From: a virus
Lineage: Duplodnaviria; Caudoviricetes
Strand: one strand, 5' to 3'
Virus record (IMG/VR): IMGVR_UViG_3300049191_000029
Location: 1-36,076 of that record
DNA: 36,076 bases
How positions within the stretch are numbered: the stretch's first letter is position 1; every line of letters starts with the position of its first letter. Below are positions 6,738 to 16,511 of the stretch, piece after piece. The position numbers were made by a program, and so were the translations under genes. A model generated the notes under the pieces. The model saw only the letters and a list, made by a program, of their open reading frames with translations. It was not told where the DNA came from and made no database searches.

Positions 6738-7169
6738 ATGAAGAAGGTAATTTTCGCAGCTATCGCAATGCTGTTTTCGCTGTCGGCTTTCGCTGCCGAT
6801 CCTGACCTGGTATCGAACGCCACCGGCACCAAGGTGTTCGCACTGGGCAACGCCTACGGCGTGGCGCCCCCATACACCGCTGGCGCCGCACCGCGCATCC
6901 TGTACGCTGGTTACACCGGCTGGCAGAACCTGGAAGACGACGCCATCGGCAGCAAGTACAACTACGTAAAGAGCCGTCTGATCGTCAAGGGCGCCATCGA
7001 AGTCGGCACCGTTACCGGCGTCTATTACGTGCCGAACAAAGATTCGTTCGTCCAGTGCGATAGCCAAGGCTCGTATCTGCAAATCGGCAACACCGCTACC
7101 GTGATGCGCGATTACCTCGGCAACGACGGTTGCGCGTATCGTGACAAAGTGCGTGCCAACGCGAACTAA
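6738..7169 (+). CDS. Exported protein of unknown function
   Basis: Sec signal peptide MKKVIFAAIAMLFSLSAFA-A; AAGGAG RBS; two Cys in the mature part. Confidence 0.8.
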   Translation: MKKVIFAAIAMLFSLSAFAADPDLVSNATGTKVFALGNAYGVAPPYTAGAAPRILYAGYTGWQNLEDDAIGSKYNYVKSRLIVKGAIEVGTVTGVYYVPNKDSFVQCDSQGSYLQIGNTATVMRDYLGNDGCAYRDKVRANAN

Positions 7170-7172
7170 AAC

Positions 7173-7198
7173 AAAAGCCGGGTCTCCCCCGGCTTTTT
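7173..7198. terminator. Bidirectional terminator between the convergent genome arms
   Basis: AAAAGCCGGG-tctcc-CCCGGCTTTT. Confidence 0.85.
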
Positions 7199-7725
7199 CA
7201 TTTCTGCGGCTGAGATTGCGCCAGCAGCTTGGATTTCTCCGCACTTCCCGCTGTGCTACCGTAGTAGTAGCTGATCACCCCGGTGAAGGCTGAACCCAGC
7301 GCGCCCAACATGATCAGCGCGGCCTCTTTCGAGCTGGGCGGCAAGTCCTTGAACATCATCACCAGCAGGATAGCGAAGAAGCCCACGATGACCACGCAAG
7401 CAATGATCCGGGGGGTGTAGCTGTCGCCGGTCTTTATCTCACGCTCCCGTGCGTTCTGGCGGTCCTGAACGGCCAGCGCTTCCAGTTTCCCGATGTGGGA
7501 GAACCCAAGTTCCTGCATCTTAACGGCAAACGCTTGGTCAGCAGTTTTCAACGCCATCATGTGCTCAGGACTCACTCCAGCAATTGCCGCCTTGAGCGCA
7601 CCTTCAGTTTTCTCGGACAGGCCCAGGGCGTTTGCCGCAGCTTCCATCGCCAGGCCGCCTAGCGGACCCCCTACGGCAGTAGCAATCCAAGGCGCCACGG
7701 TGCCAAGAACGGTTTTCCAATCCAT
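7198..7725 (-). CDS. Putative holin (3TM/GTA-holin-like)
   Basis: Start MDWKTVLG at 7725, coupled to the endolysin stop; C-terminal TM helices and YYYGS motif. Confidence 0.65.
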   Translation of the reverse strand: MDWKTVLGTVAPWIATAVGGPLGGLAMEAAANALGLSEKTEGALKAAIAGVSPEHMMALKTADQAFAVKMQELGFSHIGKLEALAVQDRQNAREREIKTGDSYTPRIIACVVIVGFFAILLVMMFKDLPPSSKEAALIMLGALGSAFTGVISYYYGSTAGSAEKSKLLAQSQPQK

Positions 7726-8204
7726 CAGAACACCTCCATGTTGCGCACAATGCGCAAGACCCAGCCGCGTCCGAATTGTGGCCACGTCTTCAACCCAGTA
7801 AGGTACTCCAGACGCGCCTGGTTGAACGCCATCACCACGGCGGCAGGTTCAGCGGCCCGCACCGCCGCGACGGTCTTAGGGCCGATAATGCCGTCTGGCG
7901 TGGCGCCGACGGCGCGCTGCAGCCACTGCACGGCGCTGCCGCCATGGTAGGCCGAGTCGAATACGTGGAAGGCGATAGCGGCCGGCAGCTGGTCGCAGCG
8001 GTTCGGCGTCCAGTAGTATGCTTTGGCGATAGCCTTGGCAGTCTCTACCGGCAAGTCTTTCATCGCGCCCAAGTAGCCCCAGGCCCGCGCCACGCGCAGA
8101 GTGACGCCGTGCATGGTCTCGCCGCCGGGGTCAGCGGGGTTGTTGGAGTAGCCGCCCTCGCTTTGCAGCAGCCGGGTGAAACAGTCGTCAAACGAGGTCA
8201 CCAT
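7725..8204 (-). CDS. Endolysin, glycoside hydrolase family 108 with peptidoglycan-binding domain
   Basis: EGGYSNNPADPGGET, DGIIGPKT, FGRGW; start MVTSFDD at 8204 with AAGGA RBS. Confidence 0.93.
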   Translation of the reverse strand: MVTSFDDCFTRLLQSEGGYSNNPADPGGETMHGVTLRVARAWGYLGAMKDLPVETAKAIAKAYYWTPNRCDQLPAAIAFHVFDSAYHGGSAVQWLQRAVGATPDGIIGPKTVAAVRAAEPAAVVMAFNQARLEYLTGLKTWPQFGRGWVLRIVRNMEVF

Positions 8205-8206
8205 GG

Positions 8207-8452
8207 TCAGTCCTTCGGGGGTTCGTGCCGTGCGCGCCACTCGCGCAGCAGCTTCAGTATCTGGATGGCGAACACCACAGCAGCGGTGCACATGCCCAGG
8301 CCCACACTGGCGCGTGCCATCCAGCCGGTGATGATGTCCATCTGCGCCGCCGCCCCGGTGGACGCCGAACCTACAGCAACCGCAGTTGCAACTTTCGGGC
8401 TGCTAGCCGCTTGGAAGATCGCTTCTTTGGCGCTTTCGATTTGATCGTTCAT
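8207..8452 (-). CDS. Small membrane protein (holin or antiholin candidate)
   Basis: Hydrophobic segments and a basic tail; directly upstream of the endolysin. Confidence 0.55.
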   Translation of the reverse strand: MNDQIESAKEAIFQAASSPKVATAVAVGSASTGAAAQMDIITGWMARASVGLGMCTAAVVFAIQILKLLREWRARHEPPKD

Positions 8453-8475
8453 GGCGTTTTCGTCGGATGATCAGC

Positions 8476-8871
8476 CTAAGCCCGGACGCCAAGAGCGCCA
8501 GGAACCACAGGGTGCTCGTGATAATCAGCATCGTGGCGGCCCACATGTAGGAGTCGTAGGTATTGCACATAGCTCAATCCCGCAATCAGATAGTTGTAGA
8601 TGTCTGGCGGGGAATAGGCCATATATAGGCGGTAGCCTACGAAGTTGATAACCACTGAGGCAATGCACGAGGCCTGTATGTGGTCGCAGAGACGCCCGGT
8701 GATTCGATGTTGGGCTAGGTAGAGCAGGAACAAATCGACGGCGCCCGCACTGCCGTGGTAAACCGCCATCATTTCGGGAGTGTTGGAACACCCCAACATG
8801 ATCCAGTCGTGCACTTTCGCCGCCAGGAAGAAGGCGACAATAAGCAGTAATCGCGAGCGCCAACCGTTCAT
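8476..8871 (-). CDS. Multi-pass membrane protein in the lysis region
   Basis: Several hydrophobic helices; ATGA coupling to the upstream peptide ORF. Confidence 0.65.
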   Translation of the reverse strand: MNGWRSRLLLIVAFFLAAKVHDWIMLGCSNTPEMMAVYHGSAGAVDLFLLYLAQHRITGRLCDHIQASCIASVVINFVGYRLYMAYSPPDIYNYLIAGLSYVQYLRLLHVGRHDADYHEHPVVPGALGVRA

Positions 8872-8966
8872 TTCGACTTTTTCTTAGTCGGGGTAGGAAC
8901 GGCTTTTTTCTGTTCGGTAGGCGGCCGTTGTTGGCCACCGCCACCGGTCGCATGGTTTTTCTTCAT
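8868..8966 (-). CDS. 32-aa basic peptide (MKKNHATGGGGQQRPPTEQKKAVPTPTKKKSK); not in the ORF track
   Basis: AAAGGA RBS; stop overlaps the start of 8871. Confidence 0.55.
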   Translation of the reverse strand: MKKNHATGGGGQQRPPTEQKKAVPTPTKKKSK

Positions 8967-9081
8967 GGCTTTCCTTTCTGGGTTAAAATTGTACAACTGT
9001 ACAAGTTGTTACAACACGATGATACTTGATCCCATCCTCTGCGGCTACATTCTCGCCGCGATATTCAACGCCTGGTACTGG

Positions 9082-11277
9082 TCAGGGCGTAAGTAGCCCA
9101 GCCTCGCGCCGACGCCGTTGCTCTTCTGTTTCCGTCCCAAGCAGCGCCGCTGGAGTGAGAGCCGTCGGCCGCCGTGCCGCTGGCAACCGGGGTACGTTCA
9201 TCAGGAGCGCACCCGGTGCGTTCAGCGCGGCACCGGATTGCTGGCTCACCACGATGTTTTGCAACGGGCCTTCCAGCGCCGGACCAATCAACGGAATCTT
9301 GCCCAACAGCGGAGCGGTGCTAATGCGTTCCAGCAGCCCCATAGCGGCGCCGGCCGTGTTCGAGTTGTTGACCGCACTGCCCACCGGCTGCACTTGCTCG
9401 TAGCTGGCTACCCGGCCCAACGCTTTCAAGCGTGCGACTTCGTCCGGCTGGAAGAACAAGCCAAGCTTGCGCTCGCCAATGGCATTCAACGCCTTGTTGT
9501 AAGCAGACTGGCTGAACCGTGCCACCTCATCCGCCGCACCGCCGGTAGCCTTCTCCTTGAGGTGCGCCGTGATCTGATCCTTGATTGCCACAAGAGCTTC
9601 GTCGTTGCCTTTCAGCACACGGGCCAGCTGCTCTACGTCGCGCACATTGGCCTTGTTGCTGGCACCGACAATGAACTGTTGGACGAATTTATCGGGCGCC
9701 ATGCCATCGCGCACCGCTTGCAACGCAGGGGTCTTCTCTACGGTCTGCATCCAAGCGCGGTTCAGCGCGCGGGCTTGGTTGAAGGCTTCCACCGACTGTT
9801 GTCCAATTTCTTGCCCCTGTTGGAGCGGCGTATCGTCAAGCGCGGAACGCACCAGGCCGAGGGCTTTGCGCTCCGCCATGTCGGTTGTGGCGCGCTGCAG
9901 TTCGCCTAGGCGCGTTTTGAACTGTTCAGCGACGTCCACAGTAAGCGGCATTTCGCCGGTCGCGGCGCGGTTGAGCAGGTTGCGCACGTCGCCCGGCAGT
10001 TTGCCCCCCAGCAGCGCGTCGTCTAGCAGATCGTTGGCGCGCCGGGTGAACGCGGAAGGGTCCAGCATAGCCGCGCGGCCCGAGGTATCACGCGCCGCGT
10101 TATACGCCTGCCCGATTGCTTTCTTGGCGATATCGTTGCGGCTTTCCAGTGCCGACATGATGCGCTCGCCGCCGGCCAAAATGTCATCGGCGCCAGTCGC
10201 CCCCAACTCGTTTAGGTTGCGCACCAGGGCTTGGTTGTTGGTGTTCTGTGTCTGTGCCAGCTGCTGCGCCGCCGGGTCGCGCAAGTTGGCGCCGGCCTTG
10301 GCCAGGTTGGCTTGCCGGGTGACCTCGCCGGGGTCGAGCGACAGCCGCGCGCGAGTCGGCGTCAGACCGGTGAACCGGTAATCCGCCAGGCGGCGCAGGG
10401 CGTCGGGCGACAGCTTCTCGCCCATCTGGAAGGCTTGGGCGACGTCCTGGCGCAGCGACGCGGCAATGTCGGCGGGCAAGTCCGCTAGCTGCATGCCATC
10501 GCCGCGCAATGCGTTGTTGATGGTGATATCGATGCGTTGCGGCGGCACCGTGCGCGGTGTCATCGCTTGGCGAGCGGCGGATGCTGCGCGCTGGCTAGCG
10601 GCCACACCGAACGGCGCGGCGATGCCCGCGCCCAGCGAGGCAATCATCTGCGCACCTGGGCCGCCGCCGGTCTCGCGGGTGTATCCGCCGGCTCCACCGG
10701 CCGCCGCCGCGCTGGCCATCTGCGTGCCGGGGCTGGCCGCTAGCTGCTGCAACACCCCGCGCCCCGCAGTCTGTGCGGCAACTGGTGTACGCGCCAACGC
10801 ACCGGCGGCGCCAGCAAACGGCAGTGCGCCGCCAGCCAGCAGCCGGGTGGCGTCTCCCACTACGCGTTCGCCAGCGGTCTGCGGCTTCGGCAGCCCCAGC
10901 AGATTGGCTAACACCTCCCCGCTACGGCCCTCGATCTGCTGGCGCGGCGCGGCCCCGGTGACCAGGTCGGCTTGGGTCGGCGCTTTGTTCGGTAGAATGG
11001 CGTTCAGACCGGCGCGGATGGGCGAAGTCACAAAATCCAGCACATCGCCGACGCCTTCGGCGCCGTAGCGCGCGGTAAGGCCCACTTGGCGCGGCAGGTC
11101 GCGGATGGCGGTATCGAGTTGCTTACCGAAGCCTGGTGCAGGGGCTTCGATCTTCGGCGCGGGCTGCGCTTTCACCTGGGCTGCGATCATTGCTTGTGCC
11201 TGCTCCGGCGTCGTCCCTTCTGGTACTTCGAAGCGACCAATGCGGCCATCAGGCATCTGGAAACGGGCGATAGGCAT
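9082..11277 (-). CDS. Probable DNA ejection/internal virion protein (large)
   Basis: Ala/Gly/Gln-rich helical protein with a hydrophobic Gly-Ala stretch; last of three large ORFs after the tail genes, as in P22-like phages. Confidence 0.65.
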   Translation of the reverse strand: MPIARFQMPDGRIGRFEVPEGTTPEQAQAMIAAQVKAQPAPKIEAPAPGFGKQLDTAIRDLPRQVGLTARYGAEGVGDVLDFVTSPIRAGLNAILPNKAPTQADLVTGAAPRQQIEGRSGEVLANLLGLPKPQTAGERVVGDATRLLAGGALPFAGAAGALARTPVAAQTAGRGVLQQLAASPGTQMASAAAAGGAGGYTRETGGGPGAQMIASLGAGIAAPFGVAASQRAASAARQAMTPRTVPPQRIDITINNALRGDGMQLADLPADIAASLRQDVAQAFQMGEKLSPDALRRLADYRFTGLTPTRARLSLDPGEVTRQANLAKAGANLRDPAAQQLAQTQNTNNQALVRNLNELGATGADDILAGGERIMSALESRNDIAKKAIGQAYNAARDTSGRAAMLDPSAFTRRANDLLDDALLGGKLPGDVRNLLNRAATGEMPLTVDVAEQFKTRLGELQRATTDMAERKALGLVRSALDDTPLQQGQEIGQQSVEAFNQARALNRAWMQTVEKTPALQAVRDGMAPDKFVQQFIVGASNKANVRDVEQLARVLKGNDEALVAIKDQITAHLKEKATGGAADEVARFSQSAYNKALNAIGERKLGLFFQPDEVARLKALGRVASYEQVQPVGSAVNNSNTAGAAMGLLERISTAPLLGKIPLIGPALEGPLQNIVVSQQSGAALNAPGALLMNVPRLPAARRPTALTPAALLGTETEEQRRRREAGLLTP

Positions 11278-12515
11278 TATTCGAATCCCAAGAATTTAAC
11301 TTCACCGCCAGGTGCAGAGGTGGGGACGATGCTGCGAGCTTGCGGTGCGCCTGGACCAGCGCGCACTTGTAGTGATTGCAGGTAAGACGGAATGGCATCG
11401 AATTTCTGGCGGATAACGGCCTCGCTATCTCCGAACTGCGGTGTCAGTTCGGCAATCTTCTGCGCTGCCTCGTCGCGGTTCACCCCGGCCCCGGTGGCGG
11501 CACGCAGCAGTGCCTCGGACAGCGACGACGCCGACTGCACGAACTTCTGGCGGTCTTCGCTGCGCAGGCTGTTGCCGACGGCCGACAGACCAAATGGCAG
11601 CGACGCCAGTGCGTCGGCGGCGCCTGGCTTGGCCGCGCTGCGGATATTGCCCTTGTCGTCGAAAGCGACCCTCGACAGGTTGTTGTAGGCTTGTTGCGCC
11701 TGCACCAACCAACCGGTGGCTTTGGCTTGGTCTTCAGTCATCTTCGGCGCGGCGCCGCGCTGGTTGGCGTTGAACTCCCGCGCGCGAGCATCCGTCATGT
11801 TCTGGCCTCGGCGCGCGGTCTCCGCCGACAGCATGGCATCAGGGGATGCAGTGCGATTGAATGCCTGCCCTGCCGCCAAACCGAACGGGTTGTACGCCAC
11901 CTCCTTACCGCCCAGGTTGAGCAGCTTCATTTCTTCGCGAGGGGTGTACCCTTCCAGCCGCTTCACCTGCCCCTGCTTGCCAATCAGCACCGGAATGGCT
12001 TCGCCGTTCGGACCGTTGAGGAAGTTGATCTTGGTGTCGAACTCGGCCCCGGCCTTGGCCAGCGCCTTGCTGTATTCGGCGGCGCGCAACGGGTCTAGCG
12101 CGGTGACGCGCGAAAGGAAGCCTTCCGTGTCGAAAGTGTTCTGCTGCGGCCCGTTGGCCAACGCTTGGGCATTAACCATAGTCGGGCCGCCGCCAGCGGC
12201 CAAGGCCGCGCTTTCAGGGCTAACCACCGAGGCGCGGGCGGCGGCGTCGATACTGGCTTGCAGCTCGCGCGAGCGCTTCTTCTCGGCGGCGCTGGCCTGC
12301 GCCTCATCCATCTGCATGCCGCGCAGCTGGCGCTGGTAGGAACGATCCTGCGCCGCCTCAACGCCCTGCTGATAGGCTTGCAGCCCGCCACCAAAGGCCT
12401 GCCCGAATCCCACCGGGCGGGTGGAAGGTCCGCCAGCTTGCAGCAGGGCGGCGGCCATCGACAACAGCCCTTGTGTCTGCTCTGGCGACAAATTGCCGAG
12501 TTGTTCGAATGCCAT
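11277..12515 (-). CDS. Probable DNA ejection protein
   Basis: Ala/Gln-rich; synteny; 1-nt overlap with the next gene. Confidence 0.6.
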   Translation of the reverse strand: MAFEQLGNLSPEQTQGLLSMAAALLQAGGPSTRPVGFGQAFGGGLQAYQQGVEAAQDRSYQRQLRGMQMDEAQASAAEKKRSRELQASIDAAARASVVSPESAALAAGGGPTMVNAQALANGPQQNTFDTEGFLSRVTALDPLRAAEYSKALAKAGAEFDTKINFLNGPNGEAIPVLIGKQGQVKRLEGYTPREEMKLLNLGGKEVAYNPFGLAAGQAFNRTASPDAMLSAETARRGQNMTDARAREFNANQRGAAPKMTEDQAKATGWLVQAQQAYNNLSRVAFDDKGNIRSAAKPGAADALASLPFGLSAVGNSLRSEDRQKFVQSASSLSEALLRAATGAGVNRDEAAQKIAELTPQFGDSEAVIRQKFDAIPSYLQSLQVRAGPGAPQARSIVPTSAPGGEVKFLGFE

Positions 12516-12523
12516 GGTCTACC

Positions 12524-13813
12524 TCAATATCCGTTGGGGAACATGCTTGCGATGCCGGCACCCATGCCGCCTCCGCCAGCGCCTCCGCCACTGCCGCCAA
12601 AAAGCCCTTTGAACTGATTGTACAGTCCGAGACCCGCGCTCGCGCCGCCCAGCACATTCGCCGCCGTGTTCTGGTAAAGCGGCTGCGAGCTGGAGCTGCT
12701 GGAGTTCGCGCCGATGAACGGGGAGAACAGATTAGCTACGCCCTGGGCGCGCTGCAAGTCTGCATTTTGCCCTGCCTGGTTGTAGTTGTACATCTGCTGG
12801 CCCAGGCCTTGCAAGGAACCAATACCTGCTGCCGTCGATGCGTTGTTCTGCGCGTTGGTGGATAGGATATTCCCCGCGTTCAGGCGATTGGTGTCAAGCG
12901 CGGCCTGCTGGTTCGCCAACGCGGCCTGATTGCCCGATGCCTGGTTCGCCATCTGCGTCTGGATGTTGGCCTGCATGTTGGCCAAGTTGGCCGCCTGTTC
13001 CAGGTTGGCATTCTGCGACGCTACGCCATACTGCGAACCGCTCAAACCCTGCAAGGCATTCAGCGCGCGGTTTTGCCCGGATTCGAAGGCATTCGCCTGC
13101 GCACCGGTCGTCGCCGAAATATTGGCCAGACCCAGCTGTTGTGCAGCATTGGTAGCCTGTTTGTTCAAGTCGGACAGCGCAAGCCCTTCGGCAATGCCTT
13201 GGCGGCTGCCGCCATATTGGCCGGACGCGATGGCATTGCCCCGGATGCCCGGCAAGATACTACGCTGCAGATTATCAGTGATATTTCCGAGCTGCGTGCT
13301 GAATGCTTGATTGCTCTGGTTGATTCCGCTCTGCAAAGCATCCGTCAGGTACTTGTTTTCCGCCGGATTGCCGTAAATCGTGTTTTGGAAAGCCTGCGTC
13401 AGGTCGATGTTGTTCTGCCCCGGTGCTTTGACCTGGGCGGCATTCGCCGTCGGCGTGCCGATCATGTTCGGATTGTTGAATGCTGGCGTATTGAAGTTCG
13501 GCGCGTTCTTTGGGTTCAACAGGCCCAGGCTGGCGTTGCGGATCGCGGTTACATCATCCGGCAGCGCGCCGGCCAGGTAGTTGCTGGACAGGTTGCCGGC
13601 TACGCCAGAACCAAGAGTCTGCGGCTGGCCCAGCAAATTGCCGAAGCTGCCCAAGATGCCCTTGTTATCGTTCCCCGTGCCAAAGAGGATATTTTCAATG
13701 CGCGGGTCAAGCTGCTGTTGCTGCGTAGAGGTCTGACCCTTCGCCGCATTCTTGCTGGACATGTAGCTGCCCACCGCGCCGATGGCGGCACCCCCGATTG
13801 CTCCCCAAGTCAT
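12524..13813 (-). CDS. Probable DNA ejection/pilot protein (P22 gp7-like)
   Basis: N-terminal WGAIGGAAIGAVGS, Gln/Asn/Ala-rich body, Gly-rich C-terminus. Confidence 0.65.
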   Translation of the reverse strand: MTWGAIGGAAIGAVGSYMSSKNAAKGQTSTQQQQLDPRIENILFGTGNDNKGILGSFGNLLGQPQTLGSGVAGNLSSNYLAGALPDDVTAIRNASLGLLNPKNAPNFNTPAFNNPNMIGTPTANAAQVKAPGQNNIDLTQAFQNTIYGNPAENKYLTDALQSGINQSNQAFSTQLGNITDNLQRSILPGIRGNAIASGQYGGSRQGIAEGLALSDLNKQATNAAQQLGLANISATTGAQANAFESGQNRALNALQGLSGSQYGVASQNANLEQAANLANMQANIQTQMANQASGNQAALANQQAALDTNRLNAGNILSTNAQNNASTAAGIGSLQGLGQQMYNYNQAGQNADLQRAQGVANLFSPFIGANSSSSSSQPLYQNTAANVLGGASAGLGLYNQFKGLFGGSGGGAGGGGMGAGIASMFPNGY

Positions 13814-14394
13814 AGCAGCTCCTTCGTTTTGTTCATTTCAATTTCTGGTACTTCGCTATAGTCTTTCGCGATCACTTCGTCCTCAATGCGCACCAAGTCC
13901 GTTTCATAGGTCAGATGAACCGTGGCCCATACCGTTTCCTCCAGCGCTAGCACCAAGCGCTTGGCGCCGACACGGGACACAAAGGAAAAAGGCGCTTCCA
14001 TGACCATTAGGCCGTCTTCGGTCAACACCGCCACGCGCCCCCTCATCAAGAAATTAAGATGCGAGTGCTTGTGGATCTTTCCGATAACCCAGTGGTCTTT
14101 TGGCACGGTGATCTGGCGCCCGTAAGCGCCGGGGGCAAACAGATGCTTCAACGGCATACCCTGCTGCACATCGAACTGCGGCGAGCGCCCCGATTCTTGC
14201 TCGGCGCGCATATGTGTCTCAAGACCACAGATCAACGCGCGCACTTGTTCCGCCGGAATTGCGCAAGGAACCTTGTCACCGGTCTGATAACCTGCTGGCA
14301 GGTTGTCGGCAAAATGGCGCAGCCACGTGCACATCTTCTGCGCTTCATCCATCACCGCCAATGCGCCGCTGTATTTGACTTTGATTTCCATCAT
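13810..14394 (-). CDS. Hypothetical protein with a cupin-like C-terminal domain
   Basis: HLFAPGAYGRQITVP...GKIHKHSHLNFLMRG beta-barrel-like His pattern; start placed at the ATGA overlap (14394). Confidence 0.6.
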   Translation of the reverse strand: MMEIKVKYSGALAVMDEAQKMCTWLRHFADNLPAGYQTGDKVPCAIPAEQVRALICGLETHMRAEQESGRSPQFDVQQGMPLKHLFAPGAYGRQITVPKDHWVIGKIHKHSHLNFLMRGRVAVLTEDGLMVMEAPFSFVSRVGAKRLVLALEETVWATVHLTYETDLVRIEDEVIAKDYSEVPEIEMNKTKELL

Positions 14395-14663
14395 CCCATT
14401 TGCACCCAAACGCCGCCGCTGTTGAAAAAATAAATGCCTTCACCGCCGCCCGGATTCCACAGCGTACCGTCTGCATATCGGATATCGCCTTGGCGTGGCT
14501 TGTCCGGCGCAGCATAAGTCGGGTCTATGTGCCCATCTGCTACGAGGCGCAATGCAGCAGCGATCTTGTCCAGTTCCTCGCGCATGAATCGTTGATAATC
14601 AGCCGGATTGGTCGGCACTTGGCTAGGTTGGTACAACATTGAGGAAATAGTCGGATTTCGCAT
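14391..14663 (-). CDS. Hypothetical protein in the tail module
   Basis: Coupled ORF; GDIRYADG..WNPG.GEG.Y motif. Confidence 0.7.
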   Translation of the reverse strand: MRNPTISSMLYQPSQVPTNPADYQRFMREELDKIAAALRLVADGHIDPTYAAPDKPRQGDIRYADGTLWNPGGGEGIYFFNSGGVWVQMG

Positions 14664-16231
14664 CAGTATTCCCCCGCCACCAAGACATCAATATCGTAGG
14701 AGTCGAGACGCACAAAATACGCACTGCCGCTCTCAAACCGGATGGCGATATACCGTCCGCTCACAAAACAGTCGTTGCTGACGGTTTCACCGATGGTGTG
14801 CGTCATCGTGGCTGAATATACCGGGTCTACGTACGGATCGTCCGACGACCCCACTTTCACGGTGAAGGTGTCGCCCACGTTGCCCGTGATCCGAGGTCGG
14901 ATGCCGCGCACGGTCTTGATATTCTCCGGCGCGCCAAAGTCAAGCCCGACACGCTCCAGGTAGCAAGACGGCTGCGCGCCGTCGAACGACGCCGAGGCAT
15001 CGAGCAGAAACAGTTTCTGCGAGCTGGACGCCATCAGCACGCGCGTGGTGTTCGGCGTAAAGCCAGGCCCCTGCCACGCGGTTAAATCGGAGTTCCACGG
15101 ATCGCTGTCCGAGTCCCAGCTGGCGCTGAGCGAGTCGTCCACCGCCCCGTAGTTGGCGTGGTGGATGCTCGGCAGATCGCGGTAGGACACCGTGTTGTCC
15201 ACATAGTTCCATACCAGCGCCTTGTTCGGGATGCTATTGCCGATGCTGGCGTAGCAGATGAAAACCTCGTTCAGGAACGGGTTTTTAAACACAAAAGCGC
15301 GATCCTGCGCACTGGTGTCCATATCTTGGAACAGTGCGCGGCGTGCCTTCTTGTCCAGCACCTCGGTTGCGGTCTGGCCGTCATGCACCACCACGTCCGA
15401 GCCGGTCAGCACGAAGTGCCGCCCGTCGATCTCGACGATGCAATTGCGGTTCAACGCTCCGGAGACACCAAGTACTTTCTGGAAAGCGAACACGAACGGG
15501 CCACCGGTGTAGGTCATGCGCCAGACGCTGTCCTCTTTGTAGATCATGAAGGAATCGCGCAGTTGCAGCCCGTCGATGATCGCCCCGTTGCTTTCAGCAA
15601 GGTCGGTTTCACCCGCGTCCTGCGTGGCGTCAGCGGGGTCCCAGGTGGCTGGCACGGCGCCAGGGTCAGCAGCGCTGGACCATTTCACCATGAAAGGGTA
15701 ATTAGTGCCGCCCTTTGTGACATTCAGCGCCACCAAGAAGTTGCGATAGGTGCGCATCGACTTGCAGAACGTATTGGCCGGCCACGCGGTGAGCGCCGTC
15801 ATGCGATTGGCCGGGTTCAGGTTCCACTGCTGCGGCGGGTCGACCAAGTTGCCCGCATTGAAGATCGGAATGCCGGACAACAGCGTGCTGGTCCATTGAT
15901 TGGGGGTTCCCGTGTAATCCACATCGACGCCAGCAGTCTGACGCGTCAGGTTTGTGTGCACGGCCACGCCGCCAGACACGGTAACGGCGTAAATCTTCGC
16001 TGCGCCGGCGTACATCCAGTAGCGCGCACTGCCCACATTGAGCGCCAGCAGGTGGTAAGGGATGACGGATGGCGTGCCGTACACCGCGCCGTGGCCCAGG
16101 AACTGCTGTGCGTAGCCATCCAGCATGCGGATGTTTTTAGCATCCGTCCATGCGGAAATTGGCAGCTCATGCTTGGAGAGGTCTTTGACAACCCCCACAC
16201 TGCCGCAGTTCGGGACGCGTACGTAGGCCAT
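14663..16231 (-). CDS. Tail hub/nozzle (P22 gp10-like DNA stabilisation protein)
   Basis: 522 aa, beta-rich, propeller-like (VKWS...D...W); synteny. Confidence 0.7.
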   Translation of the reverse strand: MAYVRVPNCGSVGVVKDLSKHELPISAWTDAKNIRMLDGYAQQFLGHGAVYGTPSVIPYHLLALNVGSARYWMYAGAAKIYAVTVSGGVAVHTNLTRQTAGVDVDYTGTPNQWTSTLLSGIPIFNAGNLVDPPQQWNLNPANRMTALTAWPANTFCKSMRTYRNFLVALNVTKGGTNYPFMVKWSSAADPGAVPATWDPADATQDAGETDLAESNGAIIDGLQLRDSFMIYKEDSVWRMTYTGGPFVFAFQKVLGVSGALNRNCIVEIDGRHFVLTGSDVVVHDGQTATEVLDKKARRALFQDMDTSAQDRAFVFKNPFLNEVFICYASIGNSIPNKALVWNYVDNTVSYRDLPSIHHANYGAVDDSLSASWDSDSDPWNSDLTAWQGPGFTPNTTRVLMASSSQKLFLLDASASFDGAQPSCYLERVGLDFGAPENIKTVRGIRPRITGNVGDTFTVKVGSSDDPYVDPVYSATMTHTIGETVSNDCFVSGRYIAIRFESGSAYFVRLDSYDIDVLVAGEY

Positions 16232-16233
16232 CC

Positions 16234-16500
16234 TTACACCTTCACCAGCTGGGCGCGCAGCGTGGCGGCATCGGCTTCCAGCGCCAGCACGCGGCTGTTG
16301 TCGCCGGTCTGGATGGCTTCACGCACGGCGCGCGGGGTCTTAGCATCGATCAATGTCAAAGCGGCCAGGATGGGCGCATTGATCGATTCCGGCGTCGGGC
16401 CGGCGGCGCGGCGCGCATCAATTTCGGCCTGCTCATCCGGTGTGCAATCACGCTCCTTCTGGCAGCCTTCCACTTCGTCCCAATAGCAAACTTTATCCAT
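16234..16500 (-). CDS. Small tail-fibre-associated protein (possible assembly chaperone)
   Basis: Directly downstream of the tail fibre; AAGGAG RBS. Confidence 0.55.
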   Translation of the reverse strand: MDKVCYWDEVEGCQKERDCTPDEQAEIDARRAAGPTPESINAPILAALTLIDAKTPRAVREAIQTGDNSRVLALEADAATLRAQLVKV

Positions 16501-16511
16501 GTCATGGCTCC

